Shown here piece after piece: positions 21,401 through 29,718 of a DNA stretch of 64,000 nucleotides. The notes under the pieces were generated by a model that saw nothing but the letters and a program-made list of their open reading frames with translations, did not search any database and was not told the origin of the DNA. The DNA lies in IMG/VR virus record IMGVR_UViG_3300033145_001595, positions 38,929 through 102,928 of that record; one strand, given 5' to 3'. The stretch comes from a virus. A program made the position numbers and the translations under genes. Position 1 is the first letter of the stretch. Each line of letters starts with the position of its first letter.

Positions 21401-21862
21401 ATCTACATGAGCTTCTACAATAATATTATGTTCTTTAAGAAATGCAATCTTTTCCCCATCCATATTCTGCAAATTAGTTTTTACTGTTATCTCTGCATCA
21501 AGGTCTAAAACATTACTAATATTACGAGCAGTAGATAAAAGAAAAGAAGTAACTGTAAAATTCAACAAAGGTTCTTGACCAAGAAAATTTATCTTAATCT
21601 TCCTCTTCTCTTTTTTAATAAGAACTATATTATCTTTTTCCTTTTTCTCCTCTTCCTTTTCTTCCACAATCTTTTCCGCAGCTACAGAAGCTATATGCAT
21701 ATTCAAAAACCACGTAATAGCATTAGCAAAATTAGTTTGAATCTTCTCTGCGGATGCCGGAGCATTGTCTGGCCCGCTCTTGTTCGTACAGTAATCACAC
21801 GTCAAGTTACAACCCCATTGAAAAACTAAATCCAGTTCTGTAGGTAAAAACCTATCAACCAT
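18494..21862 (-). CDS. Radical SAM-SPASM domain fused to two tandem GT-A glycosyltransferase domains
   Basis: CNLTCDYC, GQEPLL, SPASM Cys clusters CGVAS...GDIFGC and CQDCECAPTCNCPC, then two GT domains (VVDDASTDGS...SDAH; LVDDASTDGS...MDCH). GGAG RBS before the ATG at 21862. Confidence 0.88.
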   Translation of the reverse strand: MVDRFLPTELDLVFQWGCNLTCDYCTNKSGPDNAPASAEKIQTNFANAITWFLNMHIASVAAEKIVEEKEEEKKEKDNIVLIKKEKRKIKINFLGQEPLLNFTVTSFLLSTARNISNVLDLDAEITVKTNLQNMDGEKIAFLKEHNIIVEAHVDGDESINSVHKNGVKFGVAHSALKDMRLLGLHPTIKMVVTQATIVDMAKSALHLLSFTDLVEVEFICIEPEWPSEFYSTLDLQIRECADSFLNSSSLKGKRLSFLNGSYTFTYKGAEICKKGNNCGSCGVASSRCAVNASGDIFGCYKAAIDGRNFYKIGDLKNGVNVAELNNPATTIYDKITPFPTNAQCQDCECAPTCNCPCFVDLMCGNRIVISTDPTTGKKITTITPYEDFCQISRIVFSEVTRLLNNGIEQEQPVNMRLTPKKEIVKTNTVEKVGPLPTAEERVKDRKTHPFGVLPGVAPPPHTDESFTTMKSDFMVSVVYASMNEGEEVAKTVESAIAATTGPLEVIVVDDASTDGSCEGLNKYNTNNAYVIVITLKKSVGAGMARNIGFAAARGRVVVSSDAHMRYPKGMWHEIGGFVLEKHAIACPGVAAMFGGPQGWGAKLNYHRDGKIGCSYYRTKGTDPELTTGVLGACYFVPREIFDDLTRWPSINGKWGYEESALNSWAWLHGVECYCFPKYTVRHLYRSEAAKGSKEPPWGYPPTSDLNLNHLASHLALFDRETYENVWEPHYINQISPEHRSTLEAMKAGKLYETGHWQKGRIHSDAEFFRDVLRVPTETCGEHNQSIKKVLPISVILTAYNEGKEVELTLRSIINSGQTRFEIILVDDASTDGSIPDNIADNIRPKLAGHWRADIQDRIRIIRHTERIGVSRSRAEAISVARGEMICVMDCHQRVITQYGIEWAAAHAQEKDGIVVVNVCNLGNAKKSEARTYGARFSLKPKWGILNSHITTKPDTPFIRRDAIIGAGYVMSKKVLNRLGGWPTLPGLWAYNEQYIGLAAWIIGVPMYASRDITFEHMYKKGTMDVPHVGTLMNAHLIHYLFFGDVAYEYFKPYLLEHGYDDRIDTFLKSEEVQKARAIWTKLKEAYGKTDGDFFAMLGKAGGGTHAEDFMEFLSINYDSKGK

Positions 21863-21897
21863 TCTCCATTCTCCTAAGTTACACAGAAATTGCCCAT

Positions 21898-22272
21898 CTA
21901 CTCTATTACACACCTAGCTCTAACATAAAAGCGACAAAGAAAATTGCAACTACGGGCAGAAAGCTCATATCCATATCTAGCTGGATGTTTACACCGAAAT
22001 CGCCTAGAACAACACAGTCCTGTTTCCTCAGCATCTTTACACATTCCAGCAGTGGATGCAATGGTATCATGGATATTTGGTCTTTTTGATAGGTAGTTGT
22101 CATTGTTTATAGGCAGACCGTAAGGACAGTCAAAATCTACATTAACTATGTCAGAAAAAATCTTACACTTTTCTTCACGCCATAATCTCATTTGACGACA
22201 AACATGAACAGCTTTTTTGCCCTTACATATTTGAGCACAAACTTCCTCACGAAATAATCTTATTCTTCTCAT
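21898..22272 (-). CDS. Small cysteine-rich basic protein
   Basis: 124 aa with about 12 Cys, between the tail-tip genes and the rSAM fusion. Confidence 0.6.
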   Translation of the reverse strand: MRRIRLFREEVCAQICKGKKAVHVCRQMRLWREEKCKIFSDIVNVDFDCPYGLPINNDNYLSKRPNIHDTIASTAGMCKDAEETGLCCSRRFRCKHPARYGYELSARSCNFLCRFYVRARCVIE

Positions 22273-22275
22273 GGC

Positions 22276-23907
22276 CTATGGTGAATCTCTACCCCCTAAA
22301 GCACTCAAACCCGGCATCCCATCAAACCCGTCAAACCCAACAACTATTTCTGTAGATACATCTTCAGCCCCTATAGCAACTTTTACCATATTTTGTGACA
22401 CAGTAGAAGGAACTGTGGCATATGCCCCATAAGGATTTGGAACATCAAAATCTGGTATTGCCAAACTAGTTCTAGACATAGGAACTAAATACATATTAGC
22501 ATTACCTTTATTATAACTAGGATAAGATATACTAGAAGCATTTGAATAAATAGTACGCTTAAACATTTCAAGTAAATGATAATATGTATTAGGATCATCT
22601 GTCGGTTCCCACAGCGTAGTAACAATCCAAATATCTATATCATCCGCATCTATACCATCCCATTCTATTTTGTATAAACCATATGAAAGTGTTTCTGTTA
22701 AATGTACTCCCTCATTATTACCATTAGTATAAATACCATAACCAGCTACATAGGCAGCAGTGCTAGAAATAAAATTAACATATAATTGTTGCTGTGTTTC
22801 AAACATACGATAAATCTGATTATTTGGCACATTAAAAGGAAGCCCACATTGTTTAATTGCATTTACATCACAATTAAAAAAAGTATTAGTAAACTGAACT
22901 TGCCAACTACTACCACCCACATTTTGTACTAAAACAGTGCGTATACCAAGTCCACCCACACCTGGATACCCAGGACGAGCGGTTAAATGTCCCCACAAAT
23001 TTATTTTTACTACTGGCTGCCCAGCCTCTATTTGCCAACTATAATCATTAGAACCAACAGCAATAAATCGCCCATCTTCAGTATATTGAATAAATCTATC
23101 TCCCTGAGTATAACTTGAATAATAACCAGGAACTTCTTGCTGCCAAACCCCCGGCCCATCAGCCGTCATATCAGTTGTCCAAAATGAATATCCAAGTGTA
23201 TCTGTATTATACAATATTTTTGCAGCCTGACCTGCCCTATTAAAACAAAATCCTCGTTTACCACATTCTAATGATACAGGTGTTTTCATATTACCTGCCC
23301 CATCTATACCCGTCCAATATAAATCCGTTTCATACGGCCATGCCGGGAGGGTAAACGGATTTGCTTTCCATGCAATGCCAATTGACTTGCCTGAATCACC
23401 AAAATATCTAAGTTGAGTTACTTCAGTAACATAAACATCACTTTCAAAATCACGTGGATATGGACCAAAAACTTTTGGCATCCAATTCGCTCCCGTATGA
23501 TTCCATTCGCACAAAGAAGGAAATTGATAATTTGTATCCCACCATTCACAACCACCTAAATTTGTATAACCAATATAACTACTAGCTGTAACATCTGTTT
23601 GGTGGTAAAAAGAATATTCAAATGGATATTTTACCCCACCATCTGTTTGAACACTTAACTTTTCAAAATAGCCTCCAAATGCAGAAATATATCCACTAGG
23701 CCATTCCATAAGTAATACTTCTTTTACAGTTCCATCATTCAAAGCTATATCCATTACATCTTCATCAAATTCTCCACTAGTAAATAATGGATATAAACAA
23801 AGCCACCCACTATTTTTTTGTAATTGAAGAACATTACCTGAAATACAAGACGGATAATCACCTGTACCATCCCACCAAACTCGACCCGTTGCCCAATAAT
23901 CTGCCAT
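22276..23907 (-). CDS. Putative tail tip/receptor-binding protein
   Basis: Downstream of the tape measure. Aromatic/Gly-rich, beta-type composition. Confidence 0.55.
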   Translation of the reverse strand: MADYWATGRVWWDGTGDYPSCISGNVLQLQKNSGWLCLYPLFTSGEFDEDVMDIALNDGTVKEVLLMEWPSGYISAFGGYFEKLSVQTDGGVKYPFEYSFYHQTDVTASSYIGYTNLGGCEWWDTNYQFPSLCEWNHTGANWMPKVFGPYPRDFESDVYVTEVTQLRYFGDSGKSIGIAWKANPFTLPAWPYETDLYWTGIDGAGNMKTPVSLECGKRGFCFNRAGQAAKILYNTDTLGYSFWTTDMTADGPGVWQQEVPGYYSSYTQGDRFIQYTEDGRFIAVGSNDYSWQIEAGQPVVKINLWGHLTARPGYPGVGGLGIRTVLVQNVGGSSWQVQFTNTFFNCDVNAIKQCGLPFNVPNNQIYRMFETQQQLYVNFISSTAAYVAGYGIYTNGNNEGVHLTETLSYGLYKIEWDGIDADDIDIWIVTTLWEPTDDPNTYYHLLEMFKRTIYSNASSISYPSYNKGNANMYLVPMSRTSLAIPDFDVPNPYGAYATVPSTVSQNMVKVAIGAEDVSTEIVVGFDGFDGMPGLSALGGRDSP

Positions 23908-23929
23908 TATTGTATTTTACCTTTTTATC

Positions 23930-24997
23930 TTACGGAAGTTCCCTTAAACACATTCTGCCAGCCGGTTCTCCACCAGCTATTCCAGTAGCATTCACATAAA
24001 CAGAAAGAAAGTTTCCGGGATCGTCTCTCAAATGGCATGGAATGAATGTGAAAAGTAATGATTCTGGATCAGTTTTACCTAGTATTCCATAAGAACCGTT
24101 TCTTATCATCAGGTCAGGTGCGCGATAAACTTTGAAAGAACTACCCACTACAACACCATCATTGCCACAATACTTTACATCATACTGTACTTCATTTGCA
24201 GTCATATCCTCTTGTGCTTTTATTAAAGTACCTATTTTACCGCTGCTGTTACATGGGATAAGTACTGGATACAAGGAAGCTGGATTTGTTTTTCCAATAA
24301 ATGCATATTCATCTGTTAATATTATAATTCCAGGGGGTCGATAAACATCAAAAGCAACTCCCACTACAACACCAGTAGCATTACAGTATTTTACTTCATA
24401 AGCTATACCATCAACTGTCATGTCCTCTTGAGCTTTTACCAAACTACCTATAGTACTACTTGAACCTGCACCGGGAGCGAATAGAACGGCGTTGTAAGTA
24501 ACTCCACCATATACTTTCTCACCAAGATTTATTAATGGACCATCATCTTGTGCTTGAACAACAGTACTACCATTTGTAGAACCCAATCTATCACCTACAG
24601 CAACATCAAGACCTTGAACAAGACAAGCTCCATAGATATACACCCATCCCGCATAACCATCATCAATACGCTGATCTGTAATTCCTACAAACTCTAAATT
24701 ATCTGCTGTAGGAGTATCAAAAGTTGGAAATATTTTAGAATTATCTCCTGTTACTATCCCATCAAGTTCTACTAACTGTGCTATATCTATAGTTCCACCA
24801 GAAGTATTTTGTGCCATAATCCGGGACTGCATAGAAGGCCAACCAAAAATACCATTTGTTGATGCAATTATAGAATTTGTCCTAATACCATCTACTATTA
24901 AGTTCAAATCCTTTGCCATTATAGGATCGCCACTTTCATAGGAAGCTGGTAAGGACGCTGCCTGTGCCATTGGGCGAACTGATTCTCTATCTGACAT
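23930..24997 (-). CDS. Putative tail protein with an internal ~70-aa tandem duplication
   Basis: Two copies of G(S/T)LxKAQEDMT...Y(E/D)VKYC...GVVVG..F.VYR...GKT.P.SL...IPC. Confidence 0.6.
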   Translation of the reverse strand: MSDRESVRPMAQAASLPASYESGDPIMAKDLNLIVDGIRTNSIIASTNGIFGWPSMQSRIMAQNTSGGTIDIAQLVELDGIVTGDNSKIFPTFDTPTADNLEFVGITDQRIDDGYAGWVYIYGACLVQGLDVAVGDRLGSTNGSTVVQAQDDGPLINLGEKVYGGVTYNAVLFAPGAGSSSTIGSLVKAQEDMTVDGIAYEVKYCNATGVVVGVAFDVYRPPGIIILTDEYAFIGKTNPASLYPVLIPCNSSGKIGTLIKAQEDMTANEVQYDVKYCGNDGVVVGSSFKVYRAPDLMIRNGSYGILGKTDPESLLFTFIPCHLRDDPGNFLSVYVNATGIAGGEPAGRMCLRELP

Positions 24998-25008
24998 TAT
25001 TATATTCC

Positions 25009-25734
25009 TTATAACGGTAAAGCTGTAAAGTCCTCTTCAGGATATACATCTGCATAAAATGTAATACTTAACTTCGGTTCTTCCTCTCCAGAGACTGGAT
25101 TTATTTCTGTTGACCTTGTTTTCCAAGCTACTACATGTAACGCTGGATCATAAAGAAATTGGAATGAACAATCATAATTAGAACTTCCTTGTTTTCTAGC
25201 TCTGCATCCCATGTAAAGTAATGAATTAGATGGATACCCTTTATAAACAAATTTATTTATCGTACCAGTAAGATTATAAACAGCAGCGGGCAAAACAGAT
25301 AATCTACAATCATATGTAATAGTCAAATGAGGTCTATAAACTTCAACTCCTTCACCTACAGCCCCAATAGCTTTAGTCTCATCACTAATATCCCAAATTT
25401 GTCGTTCAGTTTTACCCAACATATCTAAAGTAAGTACAATAGATGAATCTGGAATAATAATAGCAGATGCACGATTTGAATATTTTATTGTTGCTATACA
25501 ACCAGTTGGACTAAAATTATTTATGTCTCTTCCTATAACCTTACAAGATGCTATTTCTCCATGAGCATCTAATATATCAGGTAATCCAACTGCATCTTTT
25601 GCATAAGCCGGGTATTCCATATTGTCGGAAGCGTCACCATTTATAACATAAATTTCAGTTATGTCTATACTATCTCTAGATTCTGTTAAACTAGTTTGAC
25701 TATCTTTCATCATTCTTTTAACTGTAACTGCCAT
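25009..25734 (-). CDS. Putative distal tail/hub protein
   Basis: Immediately follows the tape measure gene. Confidence 0.55.
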   Translation of the reverse strand: MAVTVKRMMKDSQTSLTESRDSIDITEIYVINGDASDNMEYPAYAKDAVGLPDILDAHGEIASCKVIGRDINNFSPTGCIATIKYSNRASAIIIPDSSIVLTLDMLGKTERQIWDISDETKAIGAVGEGVEVYRPHLTITYDCRLSVLPAAVYNLTGTINKFVYKGYPSNSLLYMGCRARKQGSSNYDCSFQFLYDPALHVVAWKTRSTEINPVSGEEEPKLSITFYADVYPEEDFTALPL

Positions 25735-25749
25735 ATGTCTTACCTTTCA

Positions 25750-27879
25750 TTAACCAGCTTTTGCAACATCATCATTTTCTTCGGCATCAATTAGTTCTTG
25801 TAACTTATCATTTATTTTTTGCAATTCTGTAAGAGCGGGGTCTTGTTGTATAGCCATTGAAAATGCACCTTCAGGAGCATTACTAAAGGCAGATAAGAAT
25901 AATGAACTTTTTGCTGTACCCGCACCCCCCATTGCATTTTGAAGCATTTGCTCAATTTGCCTTTTCATATCTTTCCATTTACTTATAATTGCCTCTATAG
26001 GCCCTTCTTCTTCATCTGCCATTTTTTTATCACCTTGGATCAATGCTGTAACTACCATTTCCCAATGTTTTTTCCCCGCATCTACCCATTTTTTCCAATT
26101 CAAAAAGCCTTCTTTGTTTATTTTATCTTTTTTGCCTTTATGTATATTAGCTGCAACTTCTATTGCTTTATTTTTTTCATTTTCTAGTCTAACTATTTCT
26201 TTGTTTTCATTATCCTGTATAGCCGTTATTTCGGCCATCATTTTTTCTTGTCGTTTTTTAGTCGTTTGATTTAACCACGCAAGAGCAACAGGAGAATCGG
26301 CCCCCTTATCATTTAACATAGGTAATATTTTTTTTGCTAACCAATCATAAAAACCTTGTAATTCTTCCCAAGTTGTTTTTGCACTAGTCTTAATAAATGA
26401 CATTAATTTAACCCAATCTTGTTTTATTTTTGAGGTAAATTTTATAATCTGTACAGTAAAGAAATTTATTACCATTTCAACACCAAGTTTAAAATCAGCC
26501 TTTTTATCTTCAAACGTTTTCATTATTTCAATCATTATGCCGGTTAGGTGGTCTTTAAATTTAATTCCACCAATTTTCATTTCCCCTAATGCCCTACCCC
26601 AAGATTCCGGCATCTTGCCAAACAGTGCTAATAATGAACCAATAATAATAGCTACTAAAGTTATTGGATGTAATAAAGCCGCAAAGGCAAGTGAAAGCGC
26701 ACCTATACTTATTGCTCCAACTCCTAAAGCTATTATACTAGCAACAATAAGAGCTAAACCTTGAATAATACCACTATTTGCTTTTATCCATTTTCTTATA
26801 CTCTCATAAGATTCTATAAAAAGATCAACCATAACCATAAGAGCTGGAATTAAAACCATTCCAACTTCAATAGACAAAGACTTTATCATTTCAACAAATC
26901 TTCTCCACCTGAATGCTGAAGTGGAAGTACGTTTTTCAAGAGCTTCTTGCATAGCACCTTCTGATTTTGTCATCATATCCAAATCACGCTTATAGCCTTT
27001 AACATTCTGTACAAGTGCGGCTATAGCTCTTAAGGCGCGTCTTGGGAATATTTTTGCTATTGAATCGGCTGAAGCTCCTTCAAGTTTTTCTAAAACACCT
27101 ATTAAACCTATAGTTTTTAATGTTGTTGTATTAAGCTCAAATCCAAATTTTCTAGCCTCAGCCCTAGATATTGGAGTATTTTTTGCGAACATTGAAAATG
27201 CTGCTGAAAGAGCAAATGTCGTTCTACGGGCATTACCCAATATACGACTTGTAGTTGCAACGGCTGCACCCAATTCATATAAACTTACATTAGATATAGC
27301 CGCTTGGGCAGTAACCATAGGCATAGCTTGTGCGAACTCACCAAAAGAAGCCTGTCCCTGTTTCATAACAGTAAACAAGAAATCAGCCACTTTACCTACA
27401 TCTTTCATACCTATTTTGTAGGCAAACATAGTTTTAGTCAAACCCAATACTGCCGTTGATGTATCTGTAAAACCAGCTACAGCCGACTTAGTAGCTATAT
27501 CTAAAAATCCCATTGCATCCGCTGCCGGAATCTGAGCAGATAAAATCCTATACATAGCATCTGATAATTCTTTAGTACTTACTCCAAAATCAGTGGCCAT
27601 TTTTCGTATACCATCAGAAAATTCCGGCAGTAAGTACATGGTGTGTTCTCTAAGCATCGTGGCAACAACAGACATTTGATCTTCAAATGCCATCGCTGCT
27701 TTTGTTGCTTTATAAAATGGCACAGCCATAAGACCACCAGCTATTAACATACCACGGCCTTGGCGCATCATTGTAGAGCCAAAGTTTTGAAGAGCTTTCC
27801 TAGCCGTGTTCAAACCGGCATAGAATTGCCCTAATCTAACTCCTATATTTACATAAAGTTCAGCTAACTTTAATGCCAT
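25750..27879 (-). CDS. Tail tape measure protein (TP901-like)
   Basis: MALKLAELYVNIG start, FEDQMSVV/AMYRILSA core, helical Ala-rich composition with a hydrophobic segment. Follows the chaperones. Confidence 0.9.
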   Translation of the reverse strand: MALKLAELYVNIGVRLGQFYAGLNTARKALQNFGSTMMRQGRGMLIAGGLMAVPFYKATKAAMAFEDQMSVVATMLREHTMYLLPEFSDGIRKMATDFGVSTKELSDAMYRILSAQIPAADAMGFLDIATKSAVAGFTDTSTAVLGLTKTMFAYKIGMKDVGKVADFLFTVMKQGQASFGEFAQAMPMVTAQAAISNVSLYELGAAVATTSRILGNARRTTFALSAAFSMFAKNTPISRAEARKFGFELNTTTLKTIGLIGVLEKLEGASADSIAKIFPRRALRAIAALVQNVKGYKRDLDMMTKSEGAMQEALEKRTSTSAFRWRRFVEMIKSLSIEVGMVLIPALMVMVDLFIESYESIRKWIKANSGIIQGLALIVASIIALGVGAISIGALSLAFAALLHPITLVAIIIGSLLALFGKMPESWGRALGEMKIGGIKFKDHLTGIMIEIMKTFEDKKADFKLGVEMVINFFTVQIIKFTSKIKQDWVKLMSFIKTSAKTTWEELQGFYDWLAKKILPMLNDKGADSPVALAWLNQTTKKRQEKMMAEITAIQDNENKEIVRLENEKNKAIEVAANIHKGKKDKINKEGFLNWKKWVDAGKKHWEMVVTALIQGDKKMADEEEGPIEAIISKWKDMKRQIEQMLQNAMGGAGTAKSSLFLSAFSNAPEGAFSMAIQQDPALTELQKINDKLQELIDAEENDDVAKAG

Positions 27880-27893
27880 TTATATCTCCACTT

Positions 27894-28085
27894 TTATAAT
27901 GCTTGCATTGCCATTGCATCTGTGGAACCACCACTAGCACCCTTTTGCAATTTCATTACTTCAACAACTTCTACAGTATAAAGTAAAAATTGAGTAATAG
28001 TTAATTCTAATATTTCATCTATACTTAAACCATATGTTGCCATTAAAACAGCAAATGTTTTATGCCAATTAAACCTTGCTTCCAA
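27894..28085 (-). CDS. Tail assembly chaperone T-segment (probably made by -1 frameshift)
   Basis: Lies in the -1 frame of the upstream gene, open across its stop. YGLSIDEILELTITQF is T-like. Only a TTG start is available. Confidence 0.65.
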   Translation of the reverse strand: MEARFNWHKTFAVLMATYGLSIDEILELTITQFLLYTVEVVEVMKLQKGASGGSTDAMAMQAL

Positions 28086-28093
28086 AGGGGGGC

Positions 28094-28549
28094 TTATGCC
28101 CCCTTTGCCGGGGGGCCAGAATCGTCGTCCATATCCTCATCAATTTCAGCAGCTTCCTCTATTCTACCAAGACTACTAATAGCTGTTAATGCTGTCATAA
28201 TTTCATCCATATCATCAAATGCATCCACTTCCTCAATTGTGAATTTAGGATACTTTTTCTGAATAGAACGATGTAACAAGAATCTAACTCCGCCCATACT
28301 AGCCATTTCACTTGTAAAATCATCGGGCGTATATGGCATAGCAATAATTCTAGCAATACCAGACATTCGATCCTCTTTAGACATTTCTGCTTGCCGGGAA
28401 GCCTCTAAAAATGCAAGCATTCGTTTGCCTTTAGCAAATGATTCAAATGCGGCAAGATCGCCAATAGTAATTGGAGATAAAATAAACTCCTGTCCACCTG
28501 AAGTCTTATAAATAATTCCTTCCCCCGCTGAACGTGTAAGGTCCGCCAT
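28094..28549 (-). CDS. Tail assembly chaperone (G-like)
   Basis: Position between tail tube and tape measure. Acidic C-terminus. Confidence 0.7.
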   Translation of the reverse strand: MADLTRSAGEGIIYKTSGGQEFILSPITIGDLAAFESFAKGKRMLAFLEASRQAEMSKEDRMSGIARIIAMPYTPDDFTSEMASMGGVRFLLHRSIQKKYPKFTIEEVDAFDDMDEIMTALTAISSLGRIEEAAEIDEDMDDDSGPPAKGA

Positions 28550-28577
28550 TGTACTACCCCTTTCTCGGGTACTAAGT

Positions 28578-28964
28578 TTAAGCTACCGTAGTGGTAACAC
28601 CAGCGATGTTCAAATAACCAGAACCCTGGAATGAGAACACTACCGACGCAACACCATCTACAGTAACACTTAATGAAACAGAAGTAATAAGAATTGCTCC
28701 AGTGTACAAAACACCAGCAGTCGCAAAGAACTCTGCTGCTGCCGCTGGTTTTCCTGGATGGGAAATCTTTGTCGTGTTATCAAGTCTACACTCATACTGA
28801 CCAGACCATGTTCTAAGACCGCCAATATATTCTCGATACCCATTACCTGCAAACGTAGTCACTTCTAAGGCATCTGCGGCGTAATCAATAGACCAACTGA
28901 AAACACCAGTTTTATAACCAGAGGCGAATGTAACATTTCCACCTTTTCCACTTATTGCCGCCAT
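28578..28964 (-). CDS. Tail tube protein paralogue 1 (short)
   Basis: MAAISGKGG...WSIDYAADALEVT...YIGGLRTWSG...FSFQGSG, a lambda/TP901-like tube pattern. Confidence 0.8.
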   Translation of the reverse strand: MAAISGKGGNVTFASGYKTGVFSWSIDYAADALEVTTFAGNGYREYIGGLRTWSGQYECRLDNTTKISHPGKPAAAAEFFATAGVLYTGAILITSVSLSVTVDGVASVVFSFQGSGYLNIAGVTTTVA

Positions 28965-28986
28965 ATTGTACTCCTTTCACTTATAT

Positions 28987-29697
28987 TTATGGTTCTGTAC
29001 TAGTACTACTTGTTGAGCTACTTGTTGAGCTACTTGTTGAACTACTGGACGAGCTACTAGACGAGCTACTACTACTAGATGAACTACTCGTTGTCGTACT
29101 CGTTGTCGTGCTCGTTGACGTGCTGCTGGACGTACTAGATGAACTACTAGACGAACTACTACTAGTAGGTGAACTACTTGAACTAGACGAGCTACTTGAA
29201 CTAGTAGGTGAACTACTTGAACTAGACGAGCTACTTGAACTAGTAGGTGAACTACTTGAACTAGACGTACTACTTGACGAACTAGTAGTTGAACTGGTAG
29301 TAGATGACGAACTAGTAGTAGTTGTCACTACACCGGCTATAGTAATATGACCAGAACCTTGAAAAGAGAACGTTGCGGCTGAAAGCCCGTCAACAGGAGT
29401 ACTTAAAGAAATAGAGGTAATAATAATACTACCACTATAAGAAATGCCAGTAACCGCAAGAAATGTTGCAGCCGCCGCATCATGGCCCGGATGTAAAACT
29501 TTTACTGTGTTATCAAGTCTACACTCGTACTGACCAGACCAAGCTTTTAATCCAGGAATATAATTTCTATAACCACCATCCGCGAAATCTGTTGATTCCA
29601 AGGCATCGGCCACATAGTCAATCGACCAACTGTATACATTTGTGGTGTATCCAGAGACGAAAGTAACATTTCCATTCTTTCCACTTATTGCTGCCAT
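28987..29697 (-). CDS. Tail tube protein paralogue 2 with ~110-aa Ser/Thr tail
   Basis: Same tube domain followed by a poly-Ser/Thr tract ending STSTEP. Confidence 0.8.
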   Translation of the reverse strand: MAAISGKNGNVTFVSGYTTNVYSWSIDYVADALESTDFADGGYRNYIPGLKAWSGQYECRLDNTVKVLHPGHDAAAATFLAVTGISYSGSIIITSISLSTPVDGLSAATFSFQGSGHITIAGVVTTTTSSSSTTSSTTSSSSSTSSSSSSPTSSSSSSSSSSSPTSSSSSSSSSSSPTSSSSSSSSSSTSSSTSTSTTTSTTTSSSSSSSSSSSSSSSSSTSSSTSSSTSSTSTEP

Positions 29698-29718
29698 ATG
29701 TTTTAGCTCCTATTTAAT

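Noticed and set aside
9281-21862. rSAM-SPASM as an anaerobic sulfatase-maturating enzyme for the sulfatase-like gene
   Set aside because: The sulfatase-like protein lacks the (C/S)xPxR formylglycine motif.
10547-21862. Host LPS/capsule locus flanking a prophage
   Set aside because: The genes are tightly coupled to the tail genes, share phage composition, are bounded by phage genes on both sides, and include no flippase, polymerase or export genes.
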